Shown here piece by piece: positions 43,600 through 59,100 of a stretch of DNA of 64,000 bases (its first letter is position 1; the number at the start of each line of letters is the position of its first letter). The notes under the pieces were generated by a model. That model worked only from the letters and a program-made list of their open reading frames with translations, did no database searches and was not told where the DNA came from. Position numbers and translations under genes: made by a program. This stretch comes from the human T2T-CHM13v2.0 reference genome, Homo sapiens. Where the stretch lies: the NCBI RefSeq assembly GCF_009914755.1, contig NC_060946.1; one strand, given 5' to 3'.

Positions 43600-45900
43600 A
43601 TTCTGTACATAAAATATCAAAGTACACCAGATATATATTCTATAGTGTACATAAAATATCAAAGTACCCAAACTATACATTATATACTGTACATAAAATA
43701 TGAAATTACATCAAATATATATTAGGTACATAAAATATGAAAGTACATCAAATATAGATTATATACTGTACATAAAATATCAAAGTACCCCAAATATATA
43801 TTATATACTCTACATGAAATATCAAAGTTCACAAACTATATATTATATACTGTACATAAAATATCAAAGTACCCAAGGTATATATTCTATACTGTACAAA
43901 AGATATCAAAGTACCCAAAGCATGTATTATATACTGTACATAAAATATGAAAGTATATCAAATATATATTTTATTCTGTACATAAAATATCAAAGTACAC
44001 CAGATATATATTCTATAGTGTACATAAAATAACAAAGTACACAAACTATACATAATATACTGTACATAAAATATGAAATTACATCAAATATATATTAGGT
44101 ACATAAAATATGAAAGTACATCAAATATAGATTATATACTGTACATAAAATATCAATGTACCCCAAATATATATTTTATAATCTACATGAAATATCAAAG
44201 TTCACAAACCATATATTATATACTGTACATAAAATATCAAAGTACCCAAGGTATATATTCTATACTATACAAAAAATATCAAAGTACCCAAAGCATGTGT
44301 TATATACTGTACATAAAATATGAAAGTACATCAAATATATATTTTATTCTGTACATAAAATATCAAAGTACACCAGATATATATTCCATAGTGTACATAA
44401 AATAACAAAGTACACAAACTATAAATTATATACTGTACATAAAATATGAAATTACATCAAATATATATTAGGTACATAAAATATGAAAGTACATCAAATA
44501 TACATTATATACTGTACATATAATATCAATGTACCGCAAATATATATTTTATACTCTACATGAAATATCAAAGTTCACAAACCATATATTATATACTGTA
44601 CATAAAATATCAAAGTACCCAAGGTATATATTCTATACTGTACAAAAAATATCAAAGTACCCAAAGCATGAATTATATACTGTACATAAAATATGAAAGT
44701 ACATCAAATATATATTTTATTCTGTACATAAAATATCAAGGTACACCAGATATATATTCTATAGTGTACATAAAATATCAAAGTACCCAAACTATACATT
44801 ATATACTGTACATAAAATATGAAATTACATCAAATATACATTATATTAGGTACATAAAATATGAAAGTACATCAAATATAGATTATATACTGTACATTAA
44901 ATACCAAAGTACCCCAAATATATATTTTATACTCCACATGAAATATCAAAGTTCACAAACCATATATTATATACTGTACATAAAATTTCAAAGTACCCAA
45001 GGTATATATTCTATACTATACAAAAAATATCAAAGTACCCAAAGCATGTATTATATACTGTACATAAAATATGAAAGTACATCAAATATATATTTTATTC
45101 TGTACATAAAATATCAAAGTACACCAGATATATATTCTATAGTGTACATAAAATATCAAAGTACCCAAACTATACATTATATACTGTACATAAAATATGA
45201 AATTACATCAAATATATATTAGGTACATAAAATATGAAAGTACATCAAATATGGATTATATACTGTACATAAAATATCAAAGTACCCCAAATATATATTA
45301 TATACTCTACATGAAATATCAAAGTTCACAAACTATATATTATATACTGTACATAAAATATCAAAGTACCCAAGGTATATATTCTATACTGTACAAAAGA
45401 TATCAAAGTACCCAAAGCATGTATTATATACTGTACATAAAATATGAAAGTATATCAAATATATATTTTATTCTGTACATAAAATATCAAAGTACACCAG
45501 ATATATATTCTATAGTGTACATAAAATAACAAAGTACACAAACTATACATTATATACTGTACATAAAATATGAAATTACATCAAATATATATTAGGTACA
45601 TAAAATATGAAAGTACATCAAATATAGATTATATACTGTACATAAAATATCAATGTACCCCAAATATATATTTTATACTCTACATGAAATATCAAAGTTC
45701 ACAAACCATATATTATATACTGTACATAAAATATCAAAGTACCCAAGGTATATATTCTATACTATACAAAAAATATCAAAGTACCCAAAGCATGTGTTAT
45801 ATACTGTACATAAAATATGAAAGTACATCAAATATATATTTTATTCTGTACATAAAATATCAAAGTACACCAGATATATATTCCATAGTGTACATAAAAT
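43600..45900 (+). repeat. Local 1497-bp (378 + 3x373) partial tandem duplication
   Basis: ORF starts 43700/45197 and 44073/45570. Shared TACAAAAGATATC, GAAAGTATATC, GCATGTGTT and TTCCATAG. Confidence 0.8.
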
Positions 45901-48900
45901 ATCAAAATACCCAAACTATACATTATATACTGTACATAAAATATGAGATTACATCAAATATATATTATATTAGGTACATAAAATATGAAAGTACATCAAA
46001 TATAGATTATATACTGTACATAAAATATCAAAGTACCCCAAATATATATTATATACTCTACATGAAATATCAAAGTTCACAAACTATATATTATATACTG
46101 TACATAAAATATCAAAGTACCCAAGGTATATATTCTATACTGTACAAAAAATATCAAAGTACCCAAAGCATGTATTATATACTGTATATAAAATAAGAAA
46201 GTATATTAAATATATATTTTATTCTGTACATAAAATATCAAAGTACACCAGATATATATTCTATAGTGTACATAAAATAACAAAGTACACAAACTATAAA
46301 TTATATACTGTACATAAAATATGAAATTACATCAAATATATATTAGGGACATAAAATATGGAAGTACATCAAATATAGATTATATACTGAACATATAATA
46401 TCAATGTACCCCAAATATATATTTTATACTCTACATGAAATATCAAAGTTCAGAAACCATACGTTATATACTGTACATAAAATATCAAAGTACCCAAATT
46501 ATATATTCTATACTGTACAAAAAATATCAAAGTACACAAAGCATGTGTTATATACTGTACATAAAATATGAAAGTACATCAAATATATATTTTATTCTGT
46601 ACATAAAATATCAAAGTACACCAGATATATATTCCATAGTGTACATAAAATATCAAAATACCCAAACTATACATTATATACTGTACATAAAATATGAGAT
46701 TACATCAAATATATATTATATTAGGTACATAAAATATGAAAGTACATCAAATATAGATTATATACTGTACATAAAATATCAAAGTACCCAAACTATACAT
46801 TATATAATGTACATAAAATATGAAATTACATCAAATATATATTAGGTACATAAAATATGAATGTACATCAAATATAGATTATATACTGTACAAAAAATAT
46901 CAAAGTACCCCAAATATATATTATATACTCTACATGAAATATCGAAGTTCACAAACTATATATTATATACTGTACATAAAATATCAAAGTACCCAAGGTA
47001 TATATTCTATACAGTATAAAAAATATCAAAGTACCCAAAGCATGTATTATAAACTGTACATAAAATGTGAAAGTACATCAAATATATATTTTATTCTGTA
47101 CATAAAATATCAAAGTACACCAGATATATATTCTATAGTGTACATAAAATATCGAAGTACCCAAACTATACATTATATACTGTACATAAAATATGAAATT
47201 ACATCAAATATATATTAGGTACATAAAATATGAAAGTACATCAAATATAGATTATATACTGTTCAAAAAATATCAAAGTACCCCAAATATATATTATATA
47301 CTCTACATGAAATATCAAACTTCACAAACTATATATTATATACTGTACATAAAATATCAAAGTACCCAAGGTATATATTCTATACTGCACAAAAAATATC
47401 AAAGTACCCAAAGCATGTATTATATACTGTATATAAAATATGAAATTACATCAAATATATATTTTATTCTGTACATAAAATATCAAAGTACACCAGATAT
47501 ATATTCTATAGTGTACATAAAATAACAAAGTACACAAACTATAAATTATATACTGTACATAAAATATGAAATGACATCAAATATATATTAGGGACATAAA
47601 ATATGAAAGTACATCAAATATAGATTATATACTGTACATAAAATATCAATGTACCCCAAATATATATTTTATACTCTACTTGAAATATCAGAGTTCACAA
47701 ACCATATATTATATACTGTACATAAAATATCAAAGTACCCAAGGTACATATTCTATACTGTAAAAAAATTGTCAAAGTACCCAAGGCGTGTATTATATAC
47801 TGTACATAAAATATGAAAGTACATCAATTATATATTTTATTCTGTACATAAAATATCAAAGTACACCAGATATATATTCTATAGTGTACATAAAATAACA
47901 AAGTACCCAAACTATACATTATATACTGTACATAAAATATGAAATTACATCAAATATATATTATATTAGGTACATAAAATATGAAAGTACATCAAATATA
48001 GATTATATACAGTACATTAAATACCAAAGTACCCCAAATATATATTTTATACTGTACATGAAATATCGAAGTTCACAAACTATATATTATATACTGTACA
48101 TAAAATATCAAAGTTCCCAAGGTATATATTCTATACTGTAGAAAAAATATCAAAGTACCCAAAGCATGTATTATATACTGTATATAAAATATGAAAGTAC
48201 ATCAAATATATATTTTATTCTGTACATAAAATATCAAAGTATACCAGATATATATTCTATAGTGTACATAAAATATCAAAGTACCCAAACTATACATTAT
48301 ATACTGTACATAAAATATGAAATTACATCAAATATATATTAGGTACATAAAATATGAAAGTACATCAAATATAGATTATATACTGTACATAAAATACCAA
48401 AGTACCCCAAATATATATTATATACTGTACATGAAATATCAAAGTTCACAAACTATATATTATATACTGTACATAAAATATCAAAGTACCCAAGGTATAT
48501 ATTCTATACTGTACAAAAAATATCAAAGTACCCAAAGCATGTATTATATACTGTATGTAAAATATGAAAGTACATCAAATATATATTTTATTCTGTACAT
48601 AAGATATCAATGTACACCAGATATATATTCTATAGTGTACATAAAATAACAAAGTACACAAACTATAAATTATATACTGTACATAAAATATGAAATTACA
48701 TCAAATATATATTAGGTACATAAAATATGAAAGTACTTCAAATATAGATTATATACTGTACATAAAATATCAATGTACCCCAAATATATATTTTATACTC
48801 TACATGAAATATCAAAGTTCACAAACCATATATTATATACTGTACATAAAATATCAAAGTACCCAAGATATATATTCTATACTGTACAAAAAATATCAAA

Positions 48901-51900
48901 GTACCCAAAGCATGTATTATATACTGTACATAAAATATGAAAGTACATCAAATGTATATTTTACTCTGTACATAAAATATCAAAGTACACCAGATATATA
49001 TTCTATAGTGTACATAAAATAACAAAGTACACAATCTATACATTATATACTGTACATAAAATATGAAATTACATCAAATATATATTATATTAGGTACATA
49101 AAATATGAAAGTACATCAAATATAGATTATATACTGTACATTAAGTACCAAAGTATCCCAAATATATATTTTATACTGTACATGAAATATCAAAGTTCAC
49201 AAACTATATATTATATACTGTACATAAAATATCAAAGTACCCAAGGTATATATTCTATACTGTACAAAAAATATCAAAGTACCCAAAGCATGTATTATAA
49301 ACTGTACATAAAATATGAAAGTACGTCAAATATATATTTTATTCTGTAGTTAAATATCAAAGTACACCAGATATATATTCCATAGTGTACATAAAATATC
49401 AAAGTACCCAAACTATACATTATATACTATACATAAAATATGAAATTACATCAAATATATATTATATTAGGTTCATAAAATATGAAAGTACATCAAATAT
49501 AGATTATATACTGTACATTAAATACCAAAGTACCCCAAATATATATTTTATACTGTACATGAAATATCAAAGGTCACAAACTATATATTATATACTGTAC
49601 ATAAAATATCAAAGTACCCAAGGTATATATTCTATACTCTACAAAAAATATCAAAGTACCCAAAGCATGTATTATAAACTGTACATAAAATATGAAAGTA
49701 CATCAACTATATATTTTATTCTGTACATAAAATATCAAAGTACACCAGATATATATTCTATAGTGTACATAAAATATCAAAGTACCCAAACTACACATTA
49801 TATACTGTACATAAAATATGAAATTACATCAAATATATATTATATTAGGTACATAAAATATGAAAGTACATCAAATATAGATTATATACTGTACATAAAA
49901 TATCAAAGTACCCCAAATATATATTATATACTCTACAGGAAATATCAAAGTTCACACACTATATATTATATACTGTACATAAAATATCAAAATACCCAAG
50001 GTATATATTCTATACTGTACAAAAAATATCAAAGTACCCAAAGCATGTATTATATACTGTATGTAAAATATGAAAGTACATCAAATATATATTTTATTCT
50101 GTACATAAAATATCAAAGTACACCAGATATATATTCTATAGTGTACATAAAATAACAAAGTACACAAACTATAAATTATATACTGTACATAAAATATGAA
50201 ATTACATCAAATATATATTAGGTACATAAAATATGAAAGTACATCAAATATAGATTATATACTGTTCATAAAATATCAAAGTACCCCAAATATATATTAT
50301 ATACTGTACATGAAATATCAAAGTTCACAAACTATATATTATATACTGTACATAAAATATCAAAGTACCCAAGGTATATATTCGATACTGCACAAAAAAT
50401 ATCAAAGTACCCAAAACATGTATTATATACTGTATATAAAATATGAAAGTACATCAAATATATATTTTATTCTGTACATAAAATATCAAAGTACACCGGA
50501 TATATATTCTATAGTGTACATAAAATAACAAAGTACACAAAGTATAAATTATATACTGTACATAAAATATGAAATTACATCAAATATATTTTAGGTACAT
50601 AAAATATGAAAGTACATCAAATATAGATTATATACTGTACATATAATATCAATGTACCCCAAATATATATTTTGTACTCTACATGAAATATCAAAGTTCA
50701 CAAACCATATATTATATACTGTACATAAAATATCAAAGTACCCAAGGTATATATTCTATACTGTACAAAAAATATCAAAGTACCCAAAGCATGTATTATA
50801 TACTGTACATAAAATATGAAAGTACATCAAATATATATTTTATTCTGTACATAATATATCAAAGTACACCAGATATATATTCTATAGTGTACATAAAATA
50901 TCAAAGTACCCAAACTATACATTATATACTGTACATAAAAAATGAAATTACATCAAATATATATTATATTAGGTACATAAAATATGAAAGTACATCAAAT
51001 ATAGATTATATACTGTACATAAAATATCAAAGTACCCAAATATATATTACATACTCTACATGAAATATCAAAGTTCACAAACTATATAATATATACTGTA
51101 CATAAAATATCAAAGTACCCAAGGTATATATTCTATACTGTACAAAAAATATCAAAGTACCCAAAGCATGTATTATAAACTGTACATAAAATATGAAAGT
51201 ACGTCAAATATATATTTTATTCTGTACATAAAATATCAAAGTACACCAGATATATATTCTATAGTGTACATAAAATATCAAAGTACCCAAACTATACATT
51301 ATATACTTTACATAAAATATGAAATTTCATCAAATATATATTATATTAGGTACATAAAATATGAAAGTACATCAAATATAGATTATATACTGTACATTAA
51401 ATACCAAAGTACCCCAAATATATATTATATACTCTACATGAAATATCAAAGTTCACACACTATATATTATATACTGTACATAAAATATCAAAGTACCCAA
51501 GGTATATATTCTATACTGTACAAAAAATATCAAAGTACCCAAAGCATGTATTATATACTGTATACAAAATATGAAAGTACATCAAATGTATATTTTATTC
51601 TGTACATAAAATATCAAAGTACACCAGATATATATTCTATAGTGTACATAAAATAACAAAGTACACAAACTATAAATTATATACTGTACATAAAATATGA
51701 AATTACATCAAATATATATTAGGTACCTAAAATATGAAAGTACATCAAATATAGATTATATACTGTACATTAAATATCAATGTACCCCAAATATATATTT
51801 TATACTCGATATGAAATATCAAAGTTCACAAACCATATATTATATACTGTACATAAAATATCAAAGTACCCAAGGTATATATTCTATACTGTACAAAAAA

Positions 51901-52369
51901 TATCAAAGTATCCAAAGCATGTATTATATACTGTATATAAAATATGAAAGTACATCAAATACATATTTTATTCTGTACATAAAATATCAAAGTACACCAG
52001 ATATATATTCTATAGTGTACATAAAATATCAAAGTACCCAAACTATACATTATATACTGTACATAAAATATGAAATTACATCAAATATATATTATATTAG
52101 GTACATAAAATATGAAAGTACATCAAATATAGATTATATACTGTACATTAAATACCAAAGTACCCCAAATATATGTTTTATACTGTACATGAAATATCAA
52201 AGTTCACACACTATATATTATATATTGTACATAAAATATCAAAGTACCCAAGGTATATATTCTATACTGTACAAAAAATATCAAAGTACCCAAAGCATGT
52301 ATTATATACTGTATATAAAATATGAAAGTACATCAAATATATATTTTATTCTGTACATAAAATATCAAA

Positions 52370-54300
52370 GTACACCAAATATGTATTCTATAGTGTACAT
52401 AAAATAACAAAGTACAAAAACTATAAATTATATACTGTACATAAAATATGAAATTACATCAAATATATATTAGGTACATAAAATATGAAAGTACATCAAA
52501 TATAGATTATACACTGTACATAAAATATAAATGTAACCCAAATATATATTTTATACTCGACATGAAATATCAAAGTTCACAAACCATATATTATATACTG
52601 TACATAAAATATCAAAGTACCCAAGGTATATATTCTATACTGTACAAAAAATATCAAAGTACCCAAAGCATTTATTATATGCTGTACATAAAATATGAAA
52701 GTACATCAAATATATATTTTATTCTGTACATAAAGTATCAAAGTACACCAGATATATATTCTATAGCGTACATAAAATATCAATGTACACAAACTATACA
52801 TTATATACTGTACATAAAATATGAAATTACATCAAATATATATTAGGTACATAAAATATGAAAGTACATCAAATATAGATTATATACTGTACATAAAATA
52901 TCAATGTACCCCAAATATATATTTTATACTCTACATGAAATATCATAGTTCACAAACCATATATTATATACTGTACATAAAATATCAAAGTACCCAAGGT
53001 ATATATTCTATACTATACAAAAAATATCAAAGTACCCAAAGCATGTGTTATATACTGTACATAAAATATGAAAGTACATCAAATATATATTTTATTCTGT
53101 ACATAAAATATCAAAGTACACCAGATATATATTCTATAGTGTACATAAAATATCAAAATACCCAAACTATACATTATATACTGTACATAAAATATGAGAT
53201 TACATCAAATATATATTATATTAGGTACATAAAATATGAAAGTACATCAAATATAGATTATATACTGTACATAAAATATCAAAGTACCCCAAATATATAT
53301 TATATACTCTACATGAAATATCAAAGTTCACAAACTATATATTATATACTGTACATAAAATATCAAAGTACCCAAGGTATATATTCTATACTGTACAAAA
53401 AATATCAAAGTACCCAAAGCATGTATTATATACTGTATATAAAATAAGAAAGTACATTAAATATATATTTTATTCTGTACATAAAATATCAAAGTACACC
53501 AGATATATATTCTATAGTGTACATAAAATAACAAAGTACACAAACTATAAATTATATAATGTACATAAAATATGAAATTACATCAAATATATATTAGGTA
53601 CATAAAATATGAAAGTACATCAAATATAGATTATATACTGAACATATAATATCCATGTACCCCAAATATATATTTTATACTCTATATGAAATATCAAAGT
53701 TCAGAAACCATACATTATATACTGTACATAAAATATCAAAGTACCCAAAGTATATATTCTATACTGTACAAAAAATATCAAAGTACCCAAAGCATGTATT
53801 ATATACTGTACATAAAATATGAAAGTACATCAAATATATATTTTATTCTGTACATAAAATATCACAGTACACCAGATATATATTCTATAGTGTACATAAA
53901 ATATCAAAGTACCCAAACTATACATTATATACTGTACATAAAATATGAAATTACATCAAATATATATTAGGTACATAAAATATGAAAGTACATCTAATAT
54001 AGATTATATACTGTACATAAAATATCAAAGTACCCCAAATATATATTATATACTCTACATGAAATATCAAATTTCACCAACTATATATTATATACTGTAC
54101 ATAAAATATCAAAGTACCCAAGGTATATATTCTATACTGTATAAAAAATATCAAAGTACCCAAAGCATGTATTATATACTGTATATAAAATATGAAAGTA
54201 CATTAAAGATATATTTTATTCTGTATGTAAAATATCAAAGTACACCAGATATATATTCTATAGTGTACATAAAATAACAAAGTACACAAACTATAAATTA
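52370..54300 (+). repeat. About 1.9-kb duplicate of ~25320-27250 (offset 27046)
   Basis: ORF pairs 25402/52448, 25775/52821, 26640/53686 and 26899/53945 have near-identical translations. Markers: ATAAATGTAACCC, TATCATAGTT, AAAATAAGAAAG, ATCACAGTAC, TTCACCAAC. Confidence 0.9.
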
Positions 54301-54449
54301 TATACTGTACATAAAATATGAAATTACATCAAATATATATTAGGTACATAAAATATGAAAGTACATCAAATATAGATTATATACTGTACATAAAATATCA
54401 ATGTACCCCAAATATATATTTTATACTCTACATGAAATATCAAAGTTCA

Positions 54450-57400
54450 CAAACCATATATTATATACTGTACATAAGATATCAAAGTACCCAAGGTATA
54501 TATTCTATACTATACAAAAAATATCAAAGTACCCAAAGCATGTGTTATATACTGTACATAAAATATGAAAGTACATCAAATATATATTTTATTCTGTACA
54601 TAAAATATCAAAGTACACCAGATATATATTCCATAGTGTACATAAAATATCAAAATACCCAAACTATACATTATATACTGTACATAAAATATGAGATTAC
54701 ATCAAATATATATTATATTAGGTACATAAAATATGAAAGTACATCAAATATAGATTATATACTGTACATAAAATATCAAAGTACCCAAACTATACATTAT
54801 ATAATGTACATAAAATATGAAATTACATCAAATATATATTAGGTACATAAAATATGAATGTACATCAAATATAGATTATATACTGTACAAAAAATATCAA
54901 AGTACCCCAAATATATATTATATACTCTACATGAAATATCAAAGTTCACAAACTATATATTATATACTGTACATAAAATATCAAAGTACCCAAGGTATAT
55001 ATTCTATACTGCACAAAAAATATCAAAGTACCCAAAGCATGTATTATATACTGTATATAAAATATGAAATTACATCAAATATATATTTTATTCTGTACAT
55101 AAAATATCAAAGTACACCAGATATATATTCTATAGTGTACATAAAATAACAAAGTACACAAACTATAAATTATATACTGTACATAAAATATGAAATTACA
55201 TCAAATATATATTAGGGTCATAAAATATGAAAGTACATCAAATATAGATTATATACTGTACATAAAATACCAAAGTACCCCAAATATATATTATATACTG
55301 TACATGAAATATCAAAGTTCACAAACTATATATTATATACTGTACATAAAATATCAAAGTACCCAAGGTATATATTCTATACTGTACAAAAAATATCAAA
55401 GTACCCAAAGCATGTATTATATACTGTACATAAAATATGAAAGTACATCAAATATATATTTAATTCTGTACATAAAATATCAAAGTACACCAGATATATA
55501 TTCTATAGTGTACATAAAATATCAAAGTACCCAAACTATACATTATATACTGTACATAAAATATGAAATTACATCAAATATATATTATATTAGGTACATA
55601 AAATATGAAAGTACATCAAATATAGAATATATACTGTACATAAAATATCAAAGTACCCCAAATATATATTATATACTCTACAGGAAATATCAAAGTTTAC
55701 ACACTATATATTATATACTGTACATAAAATATAAAAATACCCAAGGTATATATTCTATACTGTACAAAAAATATCAAAGTACCCAAAGAATGTATTATAT
55801 ACTGTATGTAAAATATGAAAGTACATCAAATATATATTTTATTCTGTACATAAGATATCAATGTACACCAGATATATATTCTATAGTGTACATAAAATAA
55901 CAAAGTACACAAACTATAAATTATATACTGTACATAAAATATGAAATTACATCAAATATATATTAGGTACATAAAATATGAAAGTACTTCAAATATAGAT
56001 TATATACTGTACATAAAATATCAATGTACCCCAAATATATATTTTATACTCTACATGAAATATCAAAGTTCACAAACCATATATTATATACTGTACATAA
56101 AATATCAAAGTACCCAAGGTATATATTCTATACTGTACAAAAAATATCAAAGTACCCAAAGCATGTATTATATACTGTACATAAAATATGAAAGTACATC
56201 AAATGTATATTTTACTCTGTACATAAAATATCAAAGTACACCAGATATATATTCTATAGTGTACATAAAATAACAAAGTACACAATCTATACATTATATA
56301 CTGTACATAAAATATGAAATTACATCAAATATACATTATATTAGGTACATAAAATATGAAAGTACATCAAATATAGATTATATACTGTACATTAAGTACC
56401 AAAGTATCCCAAATATATATTTTATACTGTACATGAAATATCAAAGTTCACACACTATATATTATATACTGTACATAAAATATCAAAGTACCCAAGGTAT
56501 ATATTCTATACTGTACAAAAAATATCAAAGTACCCAAAGCATGTATTATAAACTGTACATAAAATATGAAAGTACGTCAAATATATATTTTATTCTGTAG
56601 ATAAAATATCAAAGTACACCAGATATATATTCCATAGTGTACATAAAATATCAAAGTACCCAAACTATACATTATATACTATACATAAAATATGAAATTA
56701 CATCAAATATATATTATATTAGGTTCATAAAATATGAAAGTACATCAAATATAGATTATATACTGTACATTAAATACCAAAGTACCCCAAATATATATTT
56801 TATACTGTACATGTAATATCAAAGGTCACAAACTATATATTATATACTGTACATAAAATATCAAAGTACCCAAGGTATATATTCTATACTGTACCAAAAA
56901 TATCAAAGTACCCAAAGCATGTATTATAAACTGTACATAAAATATGAAAGTACATCAAATATATATTTTATTCTGTACATAAAATATCAAAGTACACCAG
57001 ATATATATTCTATAGTGTACATAAAATATCAAAGTACCCAAACTATACATTATATACTGTACATAAAATATGAAATTACATCAAATATATATTATATTAG
57101 GTACATAAAATATGAAAGTACATCAAATATAGATTATATACTGTACATTAAATACCCAAGTACCCCAAATATATATTTTATACTGTACATGAAATATCAA
57201 ATTTCACAAACTATATATTATATACTGTACATAAAATATCAAAGTACCCAAGGTATATATTCTATACTCTACAAAAAATATCAAAGTACCCAAAGCATGT
57301 ATTATAAACTGTACATAAAATATGAAAGTACATCAACTATATATTTTATTCTGTACATAAAATATCAAAGTACACCAGATATATATTCTATAGTGTACAT

Positions 57401-59100
57401 AAAATATCAAAGTACCCAAACTACACATTATATACTGTACATAAAATATGAAATTACATCAAATATATATTATATTTGGTACATAAAATATGAAAGTACA
57501 TCAAATATAGATTATATACTGTACATAAAATATCAAAGTACCCCAAATATATATTATATACTCTACAGGAAATATCAAAGTTCACACACTATATATTATA
57601 CACTGTACATAAAATATCAAAATACCCAAGGTATATATTCTATACTGTACAAAAAATATCAAAGTACCCAAAGCATGTATTATATACTGTATGTAAAATA
57701 TGAAAGTACATCAAATATATATTTTATTCTGTACATAAAATATCAAAGTACACCAGATATATATTCTATAGTGTACATAAAATAACAAAGTACACAAACT
57801 ATAAATTATATACTGTACATAAAATATGAAATTACATCAAATATATATTAGGTACATAAAATATGAAAGTACATCAAATATAGATTATATACTGTTCATA
57901 AAATATCAAAGTACCCCAAATATATATTATATACTGTACATGAAATATCAAAGTTCACAAACTATATATTATATACTGTACATAAAATATCAAAGTACCC
58001 AAGGTATATATTCGATACTGTACAAAAAATAACAAAGTACTCAAAGCACGTATTATATACTGTACATAAAATATGAAAGTACATCAAATATATATTTTAT
58101 TCTGTACATAAAATATCAAAGTACACCAGATATATATTCTATAGTGTACATAAAATATCAAAGTACCCAAACTATACATTATATACTGTACATAAAATAT
58201 GAAATTACATCAAATTTATATTAGGTACATAAAATATGAAAGTACATCAAATATAGATTATATACTGTACATAAAATATCAATGTACCCCAAATATATAT
58301 TTTATACTCCACATGAAATATCAAAGTTCACAAACCATATATTATATACTGTACATAAAATATCAAAGTACCAAAGGTATATATTCTATACTGCACAAAA
58401 AATATCAAAGTACTCAAAACATGTATTATATACTGTATATAAAATATGAAAGTATATCAAATATATATTTTATTCTGTACATAAAATATCAAAGTACACC
58501 GGATATATATTCTATAGTGTACATAAAATAACAAAATACACAAAGTATAAATTATATACTGTACATAAAATATGAAATTACATCAAATATATTTTAGGTA
58601 CATAAAATATGAAAGTACATCAAATATGGATTATATACTGTACATATAATATCAATGTACCCCAAATATATATTTTGTACTCTACATGAAATATCAAAGT
58701 TCACAAACCATATATTATATACTGTACATAAAATATCAAAGTACCCAAGGTATATATTCTATACTGTACAAAAAATATCAAAGTACCCAAAGCATGTATT
58801 ATATACTGTACATAAAATATGAAAGTACATCAAATATATATTTTATTCTGTACATAATATATCAAAGTACACCAGATATATATTCTATAGTGTACATAAA
58901 ATATCAAAGTACCCAAACTATACATTATATACTGTACATAAAAAATGAAATTACATCAAATATATATTATATTAGGTACATAAAATATGAAAGTACATCA
59001 AATATAGATTATATACTGTACATAAAATATCAAAGTACCCAAATATATATTACATACTCTACATGAAATATCAAAGTTCACAAACTATATATTATATACT
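54450..59100 (+). repeat. Rearranged duplicate of ~46500-51100 (offsets 7997, 7251, 7630, 8003)
   Basis: ORF pairs 46820/54817, 48690/55941, 50196/57826 and 50683/58686. Markers: AAGATATCAATG, GTACTTCAAA, TTAAGTACCAAAGTATCC, AGGTTCATA, AAGGTCAC, TTCGATAC, CACCGGAT, AAAAAATGAAA. Confidence 0.82.
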
